NCBI GenBank assembly: GCA_964016885.1
Contig: OZ024765.1
Span: 9,424,001 to 9,488,000 of the forward strand
DNA: 64,000 bases
Origin: Eledone cirrhosa
Taxonomy: Eukaryota
Reading direction: 5' to 3'
Shown: piece after piece, positions 41,897 through 57,158 of the stretch
Layout: every line of letters starts with the position of its first letter
Numbering within the stretch: the stretch's first letter is position 1
Position numbers and translations under genes: made by a program
The notes under the pieces: model-generated
What the model was told of the DNA's origin: nothing
The model's database searches: none
Seen by the model: the letters and a program-made list of their open reading frames with translations, nothing else

Positions 41897-43261
41897 GCCG
41901 GTTATGGCCGGTATGAACAGAAAGAGGTGAGAGAACTCTTGGCCGGATACGGCTGATTTACATGCTAAAGGGTTAAATGACTAGAAATATGTCGATGACG
42001 TTTGCCTACCTGACAAAGCGGCCGGTTATGGCCGGTATGAACAGAAAGTGGTGAGAGAACTCTTGGCCGGATACGGCTGGTTTACATGCTAAAGGGTTAA
42101 ATAACTAGAAATATGTCGATGACGTTTGCCTACCTGACAAAGCGGCCGGTTATGGCCGGTATGAACAGAAAGAGGTGAGAGAACTCTTGGCCGGATACGG
42201 CTGGTTTACATGCTAAAGGGTTAAATGACTAGAAATATGTCGATGACGTTTGCCTACCTGACAAAGCGGCCGGTTATGGCCGGTATGAACAGAAAGAGGT
42301 GAGAGAACTCTTGGCCGGATACGGCTGGTTTACATGCTAAAGGGTTAAATGACTAGAAATATGTCGATGACGTTTGCCTACCTGACAAAGCGGCCGGTTA
42401 TGGCCGGTATGAACAGAAAGAGGTGAGAGAACTCTTGGCCGGATACGGCTGGTTTACATGCTAAAGGGTTAAATGACTAGAAATATGTCGATGACGTTTG
42501 CCTACCTGACAAAGCGGCCGGTTATGGCCGGTATGAACAGAAAGAGGTGAGAGAACTCTTGGCCGGATACGGCTGGTTTACATGCTAAAGGGTTAAATAA
42601 CTAGAAATATGTCGATGACGTTTGCCTACCTGACAAAGCGGCCGGTTATGGCCGGTATGAACAGAAAGAGGTGAGAGAACTCTTGGCCGGATACGGCTGG
42701 TTTACATGCTAAAGGGTTAAATAACTAGAAATATGTCGATGACGTTTGCCTACCTGACAAAAGCGGCAGGTTATGGCCGGTATGAACAGAAAGAGGTGAG
42801 AGAACTCTTGGCCGGATACGGCTGGTTTACATGCTAAAGGGTTAAATAACTAGAAATATGTCGATGACGTTTGCCTACCTGACAAAGCGGCCGGTTATGG
42901 CCGGTATGAACAGAAAGTGGTGAGAGAACTCTTGGCCGGATACGGCTGGTTTACATGCTAAAGGGTTAAATAACTAGAAATATGTCGATGACGTTTGCCT
43001 ACCTGACAAAGCGGCCGGTTATGGCCGGTATGAACAGAAAGTGGTGAGAGAACTCTTGGCCGGATACGGCTGGTTTACATGCTAAAGGGTTAAATAACTA
43101 GAAATATGTCGATGACGTTTGCCTACCTGACAAAGCGGCCGGTTATGGCCGGTATGAACAGAAAGAGGTGAGAGAACTCTTGGCCGGATACGGCTGGTTT
43201 ACATGCTAAAGGGTTAAATAACTAGAAATATGTCGATGACGTTTGCCTACCTGACAAAGCG
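41897..43261. repeat. 124-bp minisatellite, 11 copies, overlapping the GPCR exon 2 donor site
   Basis: TTTGCCTAC|CTGACAAAGCG recurs every 124 bp from 42009 to 43250; one unit has a 1-nt insertion. Confidence 0.95.
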
Positions 43262-43389
43262 AGGTGCATGATGAAAAAATTCATTCTCTTGCGACGGTTG
43301 TTCTTTGAGAAATAAATGGCAGCAAGGACGATGGTGTTACCAAAAACTATACACAAGAAGAGGAACCAGAGAAACGTCAATTGTTCAAC
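43251..43389 (-). CDS. CCAPR: CCAP/NPS-type receptor exon 2 (TM1, start of TM2)
   Basis: [46 protein letters not shown]; acceptor ttctag, donor gtaggc. Confidence 0.93.
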
Positions 43390-43476
43390 CTAGAATGAGA
43401 AGAAAGAAAGAAAGGAGGAGGAGGAGGTGAAAGAAAAGGGAGAAGGGGGAGGAGATAGATTAACAAAAAATAAAAA

Positions 43477-43516
<40 letters not shown>

Positions 43517-43527
43517 TACATGCATAG

Positions 43528-43634
<107 letters not shown>

Positions 43635-43722
43635 TATATTATAAACATATATATATTATATACATATATATATATATATATACATATATATATTATAAAC
43701 ATATATATATTATATACATATA

Positions 43723-43753
<31 letters not shown>

Positions 43754-44376
43754 GGAGTAAGTAAGACGCCGACGGCTGAGCTCAAGCCGTTTCGACGGCT
43801 AATTCTGTACAGAATTAGCCGTCGAAACGGCTTGAGCTCAGCCGTCGGGGTCTTACTTACTCCTATTACCCACTCTACTACCCTAAATATTGAGTACTTT
43901 GGTGCGTTATGGTCCACCTGGTTCCTTACCACTTTTCCCTATGGAATTTTTTTTTCTCTCTCTCTTTCGTCTGCGACTTCACAAAACTTACGTTTACCGA
44001 ATTCGTAGACCAGACCCCTTTATCTTCTTCTTCTTCTTCTTCTTCTTCCTCTTCTCTCCTTTCTATCTCTCTTCCCCCCCCCCCCCCCCGTCAAACTTGG
44101 GCGAAATTCTTTCCTTGCTCACATTTCAACCAGGTTTGATGGTCTTTTGTCTCTTGTTCAAGATTTCACCGAGTTTATATTCATAGAGATCTGGGACTTG
44201 TCTATTTCCTCTCACTTTCCGTTGCTTAAACTTTTTTGTTGTTACCCTGGCGTCCCCTTTGTTTACGTGTCCCAACGACTTTTTTTAGCCGTTGTTCGCA
44301 CCAACCTGAGGCATATGGCCCTTAAAGCGATGAAATGCCTAGGACGGTTGGAGGGTCACTGATGAAGGACTCACTT

Positions 44377-44420
<44 letters not shown>

Positions 44421-44540
44421 GGTATAATATGTATACGTCGAAATATATATAACATCAATTATGTAATCATAAAGGAGGTAAATTCTAACCTATTGACGTA
44501 TATGTGTGTGTGTGTGTGTCTGTGTGTGTGTGTGGGGGGG

Positions 44541-44629
<89 letters not shown>

Positions 44630-44855
44630 TATCAAAGAAAACAACAACAATGTTTTATTTACCAGGCTGGCAACTTGTTTCGGAAGTCGAATGATTAAGT
44701 TGCACATGGAGTAAATTATTTCCGATCTGGGGATCGATGAACGTTCAGTGAAAATCAATACTACATTTATACGCCTCGACCGCACTAACCCCCTCCCTAC
44801 TGACTTGTAATTTTCTTACGTAGTCACTCTCCAGTTTGATTATTTTGCTTGCTTA

Positions 44856-44929
<74 letters not shown>

Positions 44930-44952
44930 TATACATATATATATATATATAT

Positions 44953-45560
44953 ATGGTGGCTGCCAACTCGTTTTCGAGTACGGCCACTACTTTATATCCA
45001 TGTAGGAGAACCCCTACCGATGCGCTGAACGAATGTGACTTTTTAGTCCAGCCAGCGACTTGAAAACTCTGGTACAAACACTACACTTGTGACAATTATT
45101 GACACCTAGTGCTGGGCCCATGGTACCATGTGAGGACAAGTGCAGAGAGATCTCCAGATATAAAGCAATGCCTGTGCTGTGAAGCTTTTATAGTGAGCAA
45201 AGGCACTGCACAAAGCCAGTGCCCACTCTCTTAACCAAGATGATATTTACCAAAAAGAAGAACAAGTCAACATCATTGGATACCATCAGGGTTGCAGGTG
45301 TTATATCAGAGTTTTCCTTCTCCTAGAATTCTGCCTTGACAAAGGCTAAGGGGTCATCTCTCCCGGTGATTTTGGATGGCTATTGATTCTTAAGAGCTCC
45401 CTTGCCCTTTGACAGGTTTTGTTTTTAGTCCTGCAGGATGTCCAAAGTCACCCTCCTCACCAAGAAACCTTGGTGGGGTTGCCAGTTTAGTCGCCAACGA
45501 CCCGACCATGAGACAGGTTGTACTGGGATACATGTTACCAGTAGCACCAACTGGTGACCT

Positions 45561-45563
<3 letters not shown>
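44953..45563 (-). mobile_element. Bipartite RTE-derived non-autonomous element (partial copies at 12487-12840 +, 20181-20476 -)
   Basis: Near-identical dispersed copies. The 3' part encodes the zinc-finger-like remnant CSVCTRVFKSLAGLKSH. The 5' part is shared with 18900-18977 and 39691-40130. Confidence 0.6.
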
Positions 45564-45644
<81 letters not shown>

Positions 45645-45677
45645 CATATATATAAATATATATATATATATACATAT

Positions 45678-45708
<31 letters not shown>

Positions 45709-45763
45709 TATAAATATATATATATATATACATATATATAAATATATATATATATATACATAT

Positions 45764-45794
<31 letters not shown>

Positions 45795-45882
45795 TATAAA
45801 TATATATATATATATACATATATATAAATATATATATATATATACATATATATAAATATATATATATATATACATATATATA

Positions 45883-45938
<56 letters not shown>

Positions 45939-45942
45939 TATA

Positions 45943-46112
<170 letters not shown>

Positions 46113-46125
46113 TATATATATATAC

Positions 46126-46166
<41 letters not shown>

Positions 46167-46180
46167 TATATATATATATA

Positions 46181-46236
<56 letters not shown>

Positions 46237-46237
46237 A

Positions 46238-46407
<170 letters not shown>

Positions 46408-46421
46408 ATATATATATATAC

Positions 46422-46536
<115 letters not shown>

Positions 46537-46539
46537 AAT

Positions 46540-46603
<64 letters not shown>

Positions 46604-46805
46604 TAGTCATAATAATAAATGCGAAGACTAAAATCCAAAGAGGGCTCGATAAGGATAAATATATATCAAATATATAAGAACCGTAGAGCAAATATTTATT
46701 AAAATAACAGATTAAAGTCTAAGCAAAGAATCGCTGCTTTCACCCTTAACGGGATCTTCATTTAATAAATGTTTGCTCTAGAGTTCTTTTTTTCTTATAT
46801 ATTTG

Positions 46806-47207
46806 AAGTTTCAGAAGATCCCGGCATATATCTCTCCCAAAGGCAGATGTCACCAGCTTATGGTCTGATCGCGTTGAAGCAGGCGAGTGTAATTGTAGGT
46901 ACCATCAAGGGGCTTTTGTTGTTTGGATGAAAGCGTCCATGTTTGGCTTCCATTTAGCAAGATTGGTTGAATTGTTACTTGGAAGAATCTGATCTTGGTG
47001 TGGTTGGACAGATTTGAGCGCCAAACTCGATCCATCTTGTTGCAAGCTGACCATACTTGGGCCTTTCTGGTAGCAAAATCCTTCTCAGAGTTAATGATCC
47101 AGGACCCAAGATACTTGAAAGTATCACTACCGTTGATTGCTTTGATGTTGTTGCCTGTACAGTTTGATATCTACTCTGTTTTACCCTCGTTGAGATGAAA
47201 GCCAACA
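46806..47207 (-). mobile_element. RTE-like LINE ORF2 fragment
   Basis: Minus-strand translations contain FKYLGSWI and VWRSNLSNHTKIRFFQVTIQPILLNGSQTWTL, typical of the region after RT. Confidence 0.75.
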
Positions 47208-47501
47208 TGGCATATATATATTTTTTTTTTTTTCACCCTAGCGAATCTGGTCCCTTACGATTTGAACACATGTATATATATATATATGAGTTATATATAT
47301 ATGAGTTAAGACTCTATTGGTTTTTTCCCTGGATTACACAAAATCTGTGGATAAAATTTCTGTCTTGATTTTTTTTTTTTTTAATTGAGATTGAATTATT
47401 TTCCCATATCTTACGTTAAATATTTTCCATCTTGACGTAATAGTCACTTATATATTATGAATTACTGTTGACTTCTTACTGACATTAATTTCTCTATTTT
47501 C

Positions 47502-47557
<56 letters not shown>

Positions 47558-47716
47558 AGAGCGTGAAATTAATAAACATTCGTTGTACTGCCTCTCTGTT
47601 TTGTCCCTGTTCAAATTTTTCCATTATATATATATATATATATACATATATGTATATATATATACATATATGTATATATATATACATATACATCTATGCA
47701 TATATATACATATATG

Positions 47717-47750
<34 letters not shown>

Positions 47751-47818
47751 TATACATAGACATATATCTATTTTTGTTAATATTTTGAATTAATATATAT
47801 ATATATATATATATAGAT

Positions 47819-47871
47819 GAGATTCTACAGGACTAGAACTGTTTCATTCATTAGAAATCATCAGGAATCTC
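47819..47871 (-). ncRNA. Type-I hammerhead ribozyme motif (sense, GPCR intron 1)
   Basis: Reverse complement: GAGATTC-CTGATGA-TTTCTAATGAAT-GAAA-CAG TTCTAGTC CTG-TA^-GAATCTC. Confidence 0.68.
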
Positions 47872-47918
47872 ATTCCTGATGATTTCTAATGAATGAAACA
47901 GTTCTAGTCCTGTAGAAT
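47872..47918 (+). ncRNA. Type-I hammerhead ribozyme motif (inverted duplicate of the preceding motif)
   Basis: ATTC-CTGATGA-TTTCTAATGAAT-GAAA-CAGTTCTAGTCCTG-TA^-GAAT. Confidence 0.62.
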
Positions 47919-48003
47919 CTCATCTATATTAAAACTGTTAAACTCTGCTATGTATTGAGTACCTTACTTACTGTGGTTACCTCCGATTCAACCCGGAATA
48001 ACG

Positions 48004-48035
<32 letters not shown>

Positions 48036-48352
48036 GTGACACAGAGGAGACTGAGGTTAGCTGGACATGCTCACCGATATCCAGAGTTGACATTGCACTC
48101 AGTGCTCCTTTGGGAGCCCCTACATGGACACACTAGAAGAGGAAGACGAAGGCTAACATATGTTGATGCCCTAAGGACAGACACTGGTCTGTTGGAGACA
48201 AAAAATGTAATTGATCAAAAGAACATCTATTTTATTAATACTTATATTTTAATATTAATAACTCCTGAACATTATTTACCGTTGAGTGCTTCCAATCTAC
48301 TGTAAAACCCAATCTTTGACATAATCATTGAATATTGTTTAACAACTTAATA

Positions 48353-48463
<111 letters not shown>

Positions 48464-48524
48464 GCGCACACACACAATTTAACATAGTAACAAAAAATAC
48501 AATATTAATGAAAGCGCCAATTCT

Positions 48525-48555
<31 letters not shown>

Positions 48556-48741
48556 CACGTGTACACGTGTACACCCGCCCCCAACACAACAACATCAGAA
48601 ATATCGTAACTTCTAGGCTTATGGAGTTAAAATAATTTTAATGAGTTCAGTAATTAGAAAATATAAAATAAAATTATCCAACATCAAGCACAAATCGAAT
48701 ATATTTATAGAAACGCTTCGGGAGTATCGAAAGTTTTGTAC

Positions 48742-48812
<71 letters not shown>

Positions 48813-48959
48813 TCTCAATATATATATACATATCCATATATATATATGTATATATATATACACTTGTATGATTTTGATCAAAACAATATTTTCAAATTGT
48901 CGATCTTGATCTAGGTGAAGATGATTTATACTGCATGTGTGTGTATATCTATCTATCTA

Positions 48960-48997
<38 letters not shown>

Positions 48998-49009
48998 TAT
49001 AAATATAGA

Positions 49010-49041
<32 letters not shown>

Positions 49042-49097
49042 TGTGTGTGTATTATATATATATGTAAGTATATATATATTATAAGAATATATATATG

Positions 49098-49132
<35 letters not shown>

Positions 49133-49914
49133 GGTTTCTTATATAAGCACAAGGCCAGCAATTATCCAGTACATTACTGGTACTTTATTTTATCGACCCC
49201 GTAAGGATGAAAGGCAAAGTTAACCTCAGCGGGATTTGAACTCAGATCATTAAGGGGCTTAAATCTATGCTGCAAAACATGGTGTCCGACCCTCTACCAA
49301 TAATAATTGTTTCTACTTTTGGCACAAGGCCAGCAATTACCCAGTACATTACTGGTACTTTATTTTATCGACCCCATAAGGATGAAAGGCAAAGTTAACC
49401 TCGGCGGGATTTGAACTCAGAATGGCAAGGGCCGTAACTCTATGCGTCAAAGCATGGCGTCCAACCCTCTACCGATACTGCCAATTCACCGCCCTTCTAC
49501 CAATAATAATAATATATATAAGGGAACAAAGAATTAGTGCTGTATCAAATACATATTTAATTACTTGTTCTCATTCCCAGCCAACTTTTCAGGAAGCATG
49601 ATGGAAGAAATTTTACTCAAACATTCGATTTTGATTTTAATTTTAAACCTTTCTTTACTCCTACCAATTCTTTTTAATTAACTTTTTTTCACTGAATTTG
49701 ACAAGATGGATCTTAATACATCGAAACCGGTAATTTTCTCATATACTTTATATACTTCATAAAAAAATTGTTTAAAAGAATTGTCCCTCTCTTTTTTAAA
49801 TAACATTATCTTTTTAATGACACTATCTTTTCAATAATGTCACTTTGACGAATCAAAAAAGAAAAACAGACCCTTAAATATATCTCCCGTGTATATTTAT
49901 CTCTCTCTCTCTGT

Positions 49915-50001
<87 letters not shown>

Positions 50002-50099
50002 ATAGCGAAAAATAAGGTTATAGTAAAAGTTGGTAGAACACTCAGTCCAAAGGATGATTTGGATATAGGAATTAATTTTACAGTTGATAATCCTTTTTT

Positions 50100-51145
50100 T
50101 GACAACGCGAAACTACCCAGCTTGTGGCAACTCTTAAATAAGACCTCAATTAACAAAAAATACATCAACCTACTGAAAGAAACTTACACCAACTCAACAA
50201 CATATATCAAAACAGATTTGGAAACTACACGCTGTATAGACATCTTGAAGGGAGTTAAGCAGGGGGATGTACTATCAGCACTTCTTTTCTGTATAGTTAT
50301 AGCTGCACTTATCTACCAAACTGAAGAATGCTCCTCTGGCTATCAAATAGGAGGAACAATCCTATCAAATCTTAACTATGCAGACGATCTGGCCATCATG
50401 AGTTACTCTAGAACTGATCTGCAAGACTTTCTGAATGTATTGGCCAAACATTTGCTGGGGGCTGGCTTACACATCAACATCTCCAAAACAAAGTGTATGA
50501 CAACTGATAAAAAACAATGCCAATCTCCAACTCACAATCTACAACCAGCAAAATGCTCAAGTTACAGAGTTTGTACATCTCGGTCACAAACTATCATCAA
50601 ACAACAATGGAATGGTTGCTGCACAGAATCACATCGCTCTGGGTTGGGCAGCTTTCAACAGGAACAAGGAAGTACTAACATCAAAACGAGTTTCTTATCA
50701 CTTGAAGGCTAAGATCTTTGACAAATCCTACCAGTTGTGTTATATAGTCTTGATTGAGTTAACTGGACGACAAGGTCACTTCAGAAGCTCTCTACATTAC
50801 AGAACCACATCATGAGACTTATGACTAGCAAGCGGCTCAGCAACTGCATCTGTATCAGTGAGCTGCTCAACATTACCAGACTTAGACCAATTACATCAAT
50901 TGTCAGGTCAAGAGTGCTTAAACTGTAGGGTTATATCAAAAGATCAACTCGTGATTTGAGTTATGCATAGAAGGAAAGTTAGCCGGTAAGAGAAGCAAGG
51001 GTTAACAGCCAACACGCTGGCTTGATAATGTCAACTTATGGACTGGACTTGATCTTTGCTTTTAAACTCTGCTGCTGGTGATCAAACTTTGTGGAGAAGA
51101 ATATCTCATGTTGATGTACAGTCTGCAGCAGGCAGAGTGAGCGTC
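50100..51145 (+). pseudogene. Degenerate non-LTR retrotransposon (RTE-like) reverse transcriptase and 3' fragment
   Basis: GVKQGDVLSALLFCIVI...LSNLNYADDL...GLHINISKTKCM RT motifs; frameshift near 50515 and later stop codons; ends in a microsatellite. Confidence 0.85.
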
Positions 51146-51162
51146 TATATATATATATGTGC

Positions 51163-51197
<35 letters not shown>

Positions 51198-51206
51198 GTG
51201 TGTATG

Positions 51207-51258
<52 letters not shown>

Positions 51259-51493
51259 ATATTTGGGGAGGGTCATATTGTTATAATATTGCCAGAAATA
51301 ATTGTTTCTACTTTTGGCACAAGGCCACCAATTACCCAGTACATTACTGGTACTTTATTTTAACGACCCCGTAAGGATGAAAGGCAAAGTTAACCTCGGC
51401 GGGATTTGAACTCAGATCGTAAAGGGACGTAACTATGCTGGAAAGCATGGCGTCCGACTCTCTAGCTGCCAATCCACCGCCCTTATTGCCAGA

Positions 51494-51551
<58 letters not shown>

Positions 51552-51939
51552 CTTTCTTTATTAACCACAAGGGTTTACATAAAGTAGACATTAAGGACAG
51601 TACAGGACAATACAGGACGGTACAAATGGGCATTTCTGCGTGTAAAAAAAAACAGAGGATGTAACAAAAAAATAACAATGAAAAATTCCCCAATACATTT
51701 CACTATCATTTGATAATGCATATAAATGCTGAAACCGGTAATAGACAATAATTAAATATATAAATAGATAAATAAATGCCATTGTTAAATAATAAATAAA
51801 TCAACTAATACCTTAACACTTCACACAAAGTAAAACACTTCGTTTTAATCATTTTCTAACCCAGAAAAAAGAGAGGGAGAGCCAAAAAAAAGGAAAAAAA
51901 AAAAATTTTTCTTCCTCATAATCGTCGCTTTCTCCCTAT

Positions 51940-51981
<42 letters not shown>

Positions 51982-52148
51982 TAATAAAAACAATGAATAA
52001 AAACAAAGAAACAGTTCCTTATATTAAAAATTCATCATTTTACGATCGTTTCTAGGATATATATGTGTGTGTTGGTATGTATATCACATAGATCTATGTA
52101 AAAATTTTACAAACTATATTTTGGTAGATTTATCTATATATCTATATG

Positions 52149-52241
<93 letters not shown>

Positions 52242-52615
52242 GACTTTCGTCAAAATCGGACCGAGGAAACAATGTTTTCGTCGGTCTTTCCAATTGCTAA
52301 TACTATCAATCGGTCGCAACTCCAGGTAGAAGGAGCAACGTGAAATAAAGTGTCTTGCTCAAGGACATAACGCATCGCTCGGTCCAGGGATCGAACTTAC
52401 AATTTCAAGATTGGGAATCCAATTCTCTAACCACTCAGCCAAATGCCTTCACGCCTATGTGTGTGTGTGTGTGTGTGTGTGCGTGTGCGTGTGCGTGTGC
52501 GTGTGTGTGTGTGTAAAAGGTAAACAGAAATAACACAATCGGTACAGTATATGGAAGGAATATATTAGTTTAACGCTTGATAACGTTTCGGACGCTATAT
52601 ATATGCGCATGTCTA

Positions 52616-52671
<56 letters not shown>

Positions 52672-52887
52672 AACCAGTAAGACCCCGACAGCTGAGCTCA
52701 AGCCGTGAAAATTTATCCTGGTATTTAAATACCAGGATAAATTTTCATTTAGTCCAGAATTAGCCGTCGAAACGGCTTGAGCTCAGCTGTCGGGGTCTTA
52801 CTGGTTCCTATTACCCACTCTACTACCTCAAGTATTGAGTACTTTGGTGCGTTATGGTCCACCTGGTTCCTTACCACATTTCCTTCG

Positions 52888-52923
<36 letters not shown>

Positions 52924-53272
52924 TTTTCCTGTCCACTGGTATCTAGAAGTCTTATATATTTTTATGTGAGCTGATAACAGTTTAAGGATTTACAGAAACC
53001 CAAGAAGCTAGATTTAACATCTTAAAGCGGGTCCGGGTATGCTTTTTACATTCATTTAATTTATTGATTTATTGATTTTTTATCTGAGTGTCCCGAATCT
53101 TCCGGATCGTAAATTTTCGATCGTACGGTTGATTATAGACTTGTTCTGTGTGTGACGGTATTTTAACGATAGTTATAGCTCTGATTTATCTAAATTATGG
53201 AGCACTCTGCCGCTCATATCGAATTTTGTTTATCGTGAACTCGTGCGCCGATTTTTCGATACTCGATTATTC

Positions 53273-53325
<53 letters not shown>

Positions 53326-53469
53326 GTCTATTCCATATGTCTATTATCTGTTTTTTCCACCATCAATTATTTGCTTTTAAACGTTCATTCAACTTCACAA
53401 GAGATGCGTGTGTGTGTGTGTGTATATGTGTGTATGTGTGTGTTTGTGTGTGTGCGTGTATGTGTGTGT

Positions 53470-53527
<58 letters not shown>

Positions 53528-53553
53528 GAGCAAGTGGGTATACATATACATAC

Positions 53554-53584
<31 letters not shown>

Positions 53585-53634
53585 TGTGTATTTATTCATA
53601 TATATATATGTGTGTGTGTGTGTGTATAAATATA

Positions 53635-53668
<34 letters not shown>

Positions 53669-53740
53669 CACACACACATATATATGTATATAAATATATG
53701 TGTGAGTATATATATATATGTATATATATGTATATAAATA

Positions 53741-53783
<43 letters not shown>

Positions 53784-54179
53784 TTAAGCATTTTTTTCAA
53801 ATTCAATTAAGGTTTTTTCTAAATATAAGTTTGTTTCTTATGGGGGGGACTTTGGCTGTTGTTGTTGTTGCTGTTGTTGTTGCTGTTGTTGTTGTTATTT
53901 AATAATAGGTCTTTAGTCATTTCATCAACTTTTTTAGAAAACATTTTCATTCTTCTTCTTCATCTACTTCTTCTTCTTCTTCTTCTTCTCGTTTTTCTTC
54001 TTCTTCTTCTCTTTCTTCTCGTTCTTTTTTCTTCTTCTTCTTCTTCTCGTTCTTTTTTCTTCTTCTTCTTCTTCTCGTTCTTTTTCTTAGTTTTATTTTC
54101 TTCTACTGCAACCATTGCCATGGCGACTGAGAGTTATTTTTTTCTTATTTAACAAATTTGTTTTGGATCTTTATGTATA

Positions 54180-55895
54180 CCACCACCACTACCACCACCC
54201 TACCAGCACCACCCTACCAGCACCACCACCTCCACTACAACACCATCACTACCACCACCAAACCCACCACAACACTACCACCAATACCACCAATACCACC
54301 AACACCATCACCACCACAACACCACCATCACTACCACCACCACTACAACACCATCACCACCACCACCACCACTACCACCACTACAACACCATCACCACCA
54401 CCACCACCATCACCACCATCACCACCATCACCACCACCACCACCATCACTACCACCACCACTACAACACCATCACCACCACCACCACCACCACCACCATC
54501 ACCACCATCACTACCACCACTACTACAAGACCATCACCACCACCACCACTACAACACCATCACCACCACCACCACCACCACCACTACCACCACCACCACC
54601 ACTACCACCACCACCACCACTACAGCACCATCACCACCACCACCAAACCCACCACCACTACAACACTACCACCAACACCACCAACACCATCACCGCCACC
54701 ACCAAACCCACCACCACTACAACACTACCACCAACACCACCACTACCACCACCACTACAACACCATCACCATCACCACCACTACAACACCATCACCACCA
54801 CCACCAAACCCACCACCACTACAACACCATCACCGCCACCACCAAACCCACCACCACTACAACACTACCACCAACACCACCACTACCACCAACACCACCA
54901 CTACCACCACCACCACAACACCATCACCACCACCACCACCAAACCCACCACCACTACAACACTACCACCAACACCACCACTACCACCACCACTACAACAC
55001 CATCACCACCACCACCACCAAACCCACCACCACTACAACACTACCACCAACACCACCACTACCACCACCACTACAACACCATCACCACCACCACCAAACC
55101 CACCACCACTACAACACTACCACCAACACCACCACTACCACCAACACCACCACTACCACCACCACCACAACACCATCGCCGCCACCACCAAACCCACCAC
55201 CACTTCAACACTACCACCAACACCACCACTACCACCACCACTACAACACCATCACCACCACCACCAAACCCACCACCACTTCAACACTACCACCAACACC
55301 ACCACTACCACCAACACCACCACTACCACCACCACCACAACACCATCGCCGCCGCCACCAAACCCACCACCACTTCAACACTACCACCAACACCACCACT
55401 ACCACCACCACTACAACACCATCACCACCACCACCAAACCCACCACCACTACAACACTACCACCAACACCACCACTACCACCAACACCACCACTACCACC
55501 ACCACCACAACACCATCGCCGCCACCACCAAACCCACCACCACTTCAACACTACCACCAACACCACCACTACCACCACCACTACAACACCATCGCCGCCG
55601 CCACCAAACCCACCACCACTTCAACACTACCACCAACACCACCACTACCACCACCACTACAACACCATCACCACCACCACCAAACCCACCACCACTACAA
55701 CACTACCACCAACACCACCACTACCACCACCACTACAACACCATCACCACCACCACCAAACCCACCACCACTACAACACTACCACCAACACCACCACTAC
55801 CACCACCACCACAACACCATCACCACCACCACCACTACAACACCATCATCACAGCCACCACCACCAAACCCACCACCAAACCCACCACCACCACT
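54180..55895. repeat. Complex (CAC/CAA/TAC)n repeat with higher-order units; similar tracts at 1-200, 6170-6999 and 61169-61815
   Basis: Direct reading; source of the spurious poly-H/T/P/G/V ORFs. Confidence 0.9.
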
Positions 55896-56657
55896 CATGT
55901 ACATACATTTCTAAGATAGCGGAAGAAGGGTTTAGTCGATTATGTCGACCCCCAGTATTTAACTGGTACTTTAGTTTATCAACCCAAAGAAAGATGAAGT
56001 GCAAAATTGACCTCCGCAGGATTCGAACTCTGTAGGTAACGAGTCGTAACTACCAGAACAGCGGGGGGAGGGGGTTTGTGCCTCCGGGAACCCTAATAGG
56101 AGGTTTAAGCCCCATTAGGGTGTCTTAATATTATTTAAATTTGCTGGGAACCCTTTGATTAAAATGAAATATACTTATCCAAGTACAATGGGCAATGTAG
56201 TTTCAGAATATATATGGTTATAGGGGTCCATCTTTAAAACTATAGGAGGTGTTTGTGAACAAACAAACAAACAAACAAACAAACAGACAAACAGACAGAA
56301 ATACAACTCGATATATATATCTATAGATATATATACCGAATCCTGATTCTTTTCATATATATATATATACGGGGTAACAAATAATAGTTAAATGCAGTCC
56401 ACGTTGTAATTGTTGTTATTGTTCTAATTGAATGCCATTACTACTTCATATAGTAGCCTGTATATTCTTTTCTTGCCTGTGTATTTTCTTCATTCTCGCA
56501 TGCTCCGAAGATCTGACTGGTTATAATTTTGTATTGGCGATCGAGTAACGCGAAAATAAGCGAATAGCGATCTCTAGACCTACCAGTTCAGAGAAACAAT
56601 TGTCAGCTATGAGATTAAAAACCTTTTTTGTATAGCAAACCATGTCAACCTTCTTTC

Positions 56658-56698
<41 letters not shown>

Positions 56699-56737
56699 GA
56701 TATTAATAAATGGAAACTATATTTATAAAACCATATT

Positions 56738-56802
56738 TATTTCATTATACATATTTCAGGGATACCAAATTAAATTATGGTATGCCTTCATCAGACAAAA
56801 TA
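56738..56802 (-). ncRNA. Type-I minimal hammerhead ribozyme motif (sense, GPCR intron 1)
   Basis: Reverse complement: TATTTTGT-CTGATGA-AGGCATACCA..TGGTATCCCT-GAAA-TATGTA-TA^-ATGAAATA. Confidence 0.72.
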
Positions 56803-56907
56803 CAATATATAACAGTTTTACAAATAAGCTTTGACGTACCCTTTTAAAATGCGACCATTATTTTTGGAGGCCATGTCAAAGCTTATTTGTAAAACTGTTA
56901 TATATTG

Positions 56908-56972
56908 TATTTTGTCTGATGAAGGCATACCATAATTTAATTTGGTATCCCTGAAATATGTATAATGAAATA
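56908..56972 (+). ncRNA. Type-I minimal hammerhead ribozyme motif (inverted duplicate)
   Basis: TATTTTGT-CTGATGA-AGGCATACCA..TGGTATCCCT-GAAA-TATGTA-TA^-ATGAAATA. Confidence 0.72.
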
Positions 56973-57099
56973 AATATGGTTTTATAAATATAGTTTCCAT
57001 TTATTAATATCGTATATCTACTCCAAATACTTGTCGAGTGCTTTATATCAGTTATAAAAATATTTACTTGTTGTATCCCAACAATTTAAATAGAACTTT

Positions 57100-57158
<59 letters not shown>

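Noticed and set aside
49915-50712. 265-aa ORF as an intact reverse transcriptase gene
   Set aside because: The start lies in a microsatellite, the RT is 5'-truncated, and it is frameshifted downstream; it is a dead LINE fragment.
54115-56035. 599 and 625 aa Pro/Thr/His ORFs (extensin- or mucin-like); also the Gly-rich ORF at 61066-61872
   Set aside because: Open in several frames of trinucleotide repeats, no domain or signal peptide, and located in GPCR intron 1.
56050-56330. Possible Helentron/DINE-like element with an (AAAC/AGAC)n tract
   Set aside because: Termini could not be defined from a single copy.
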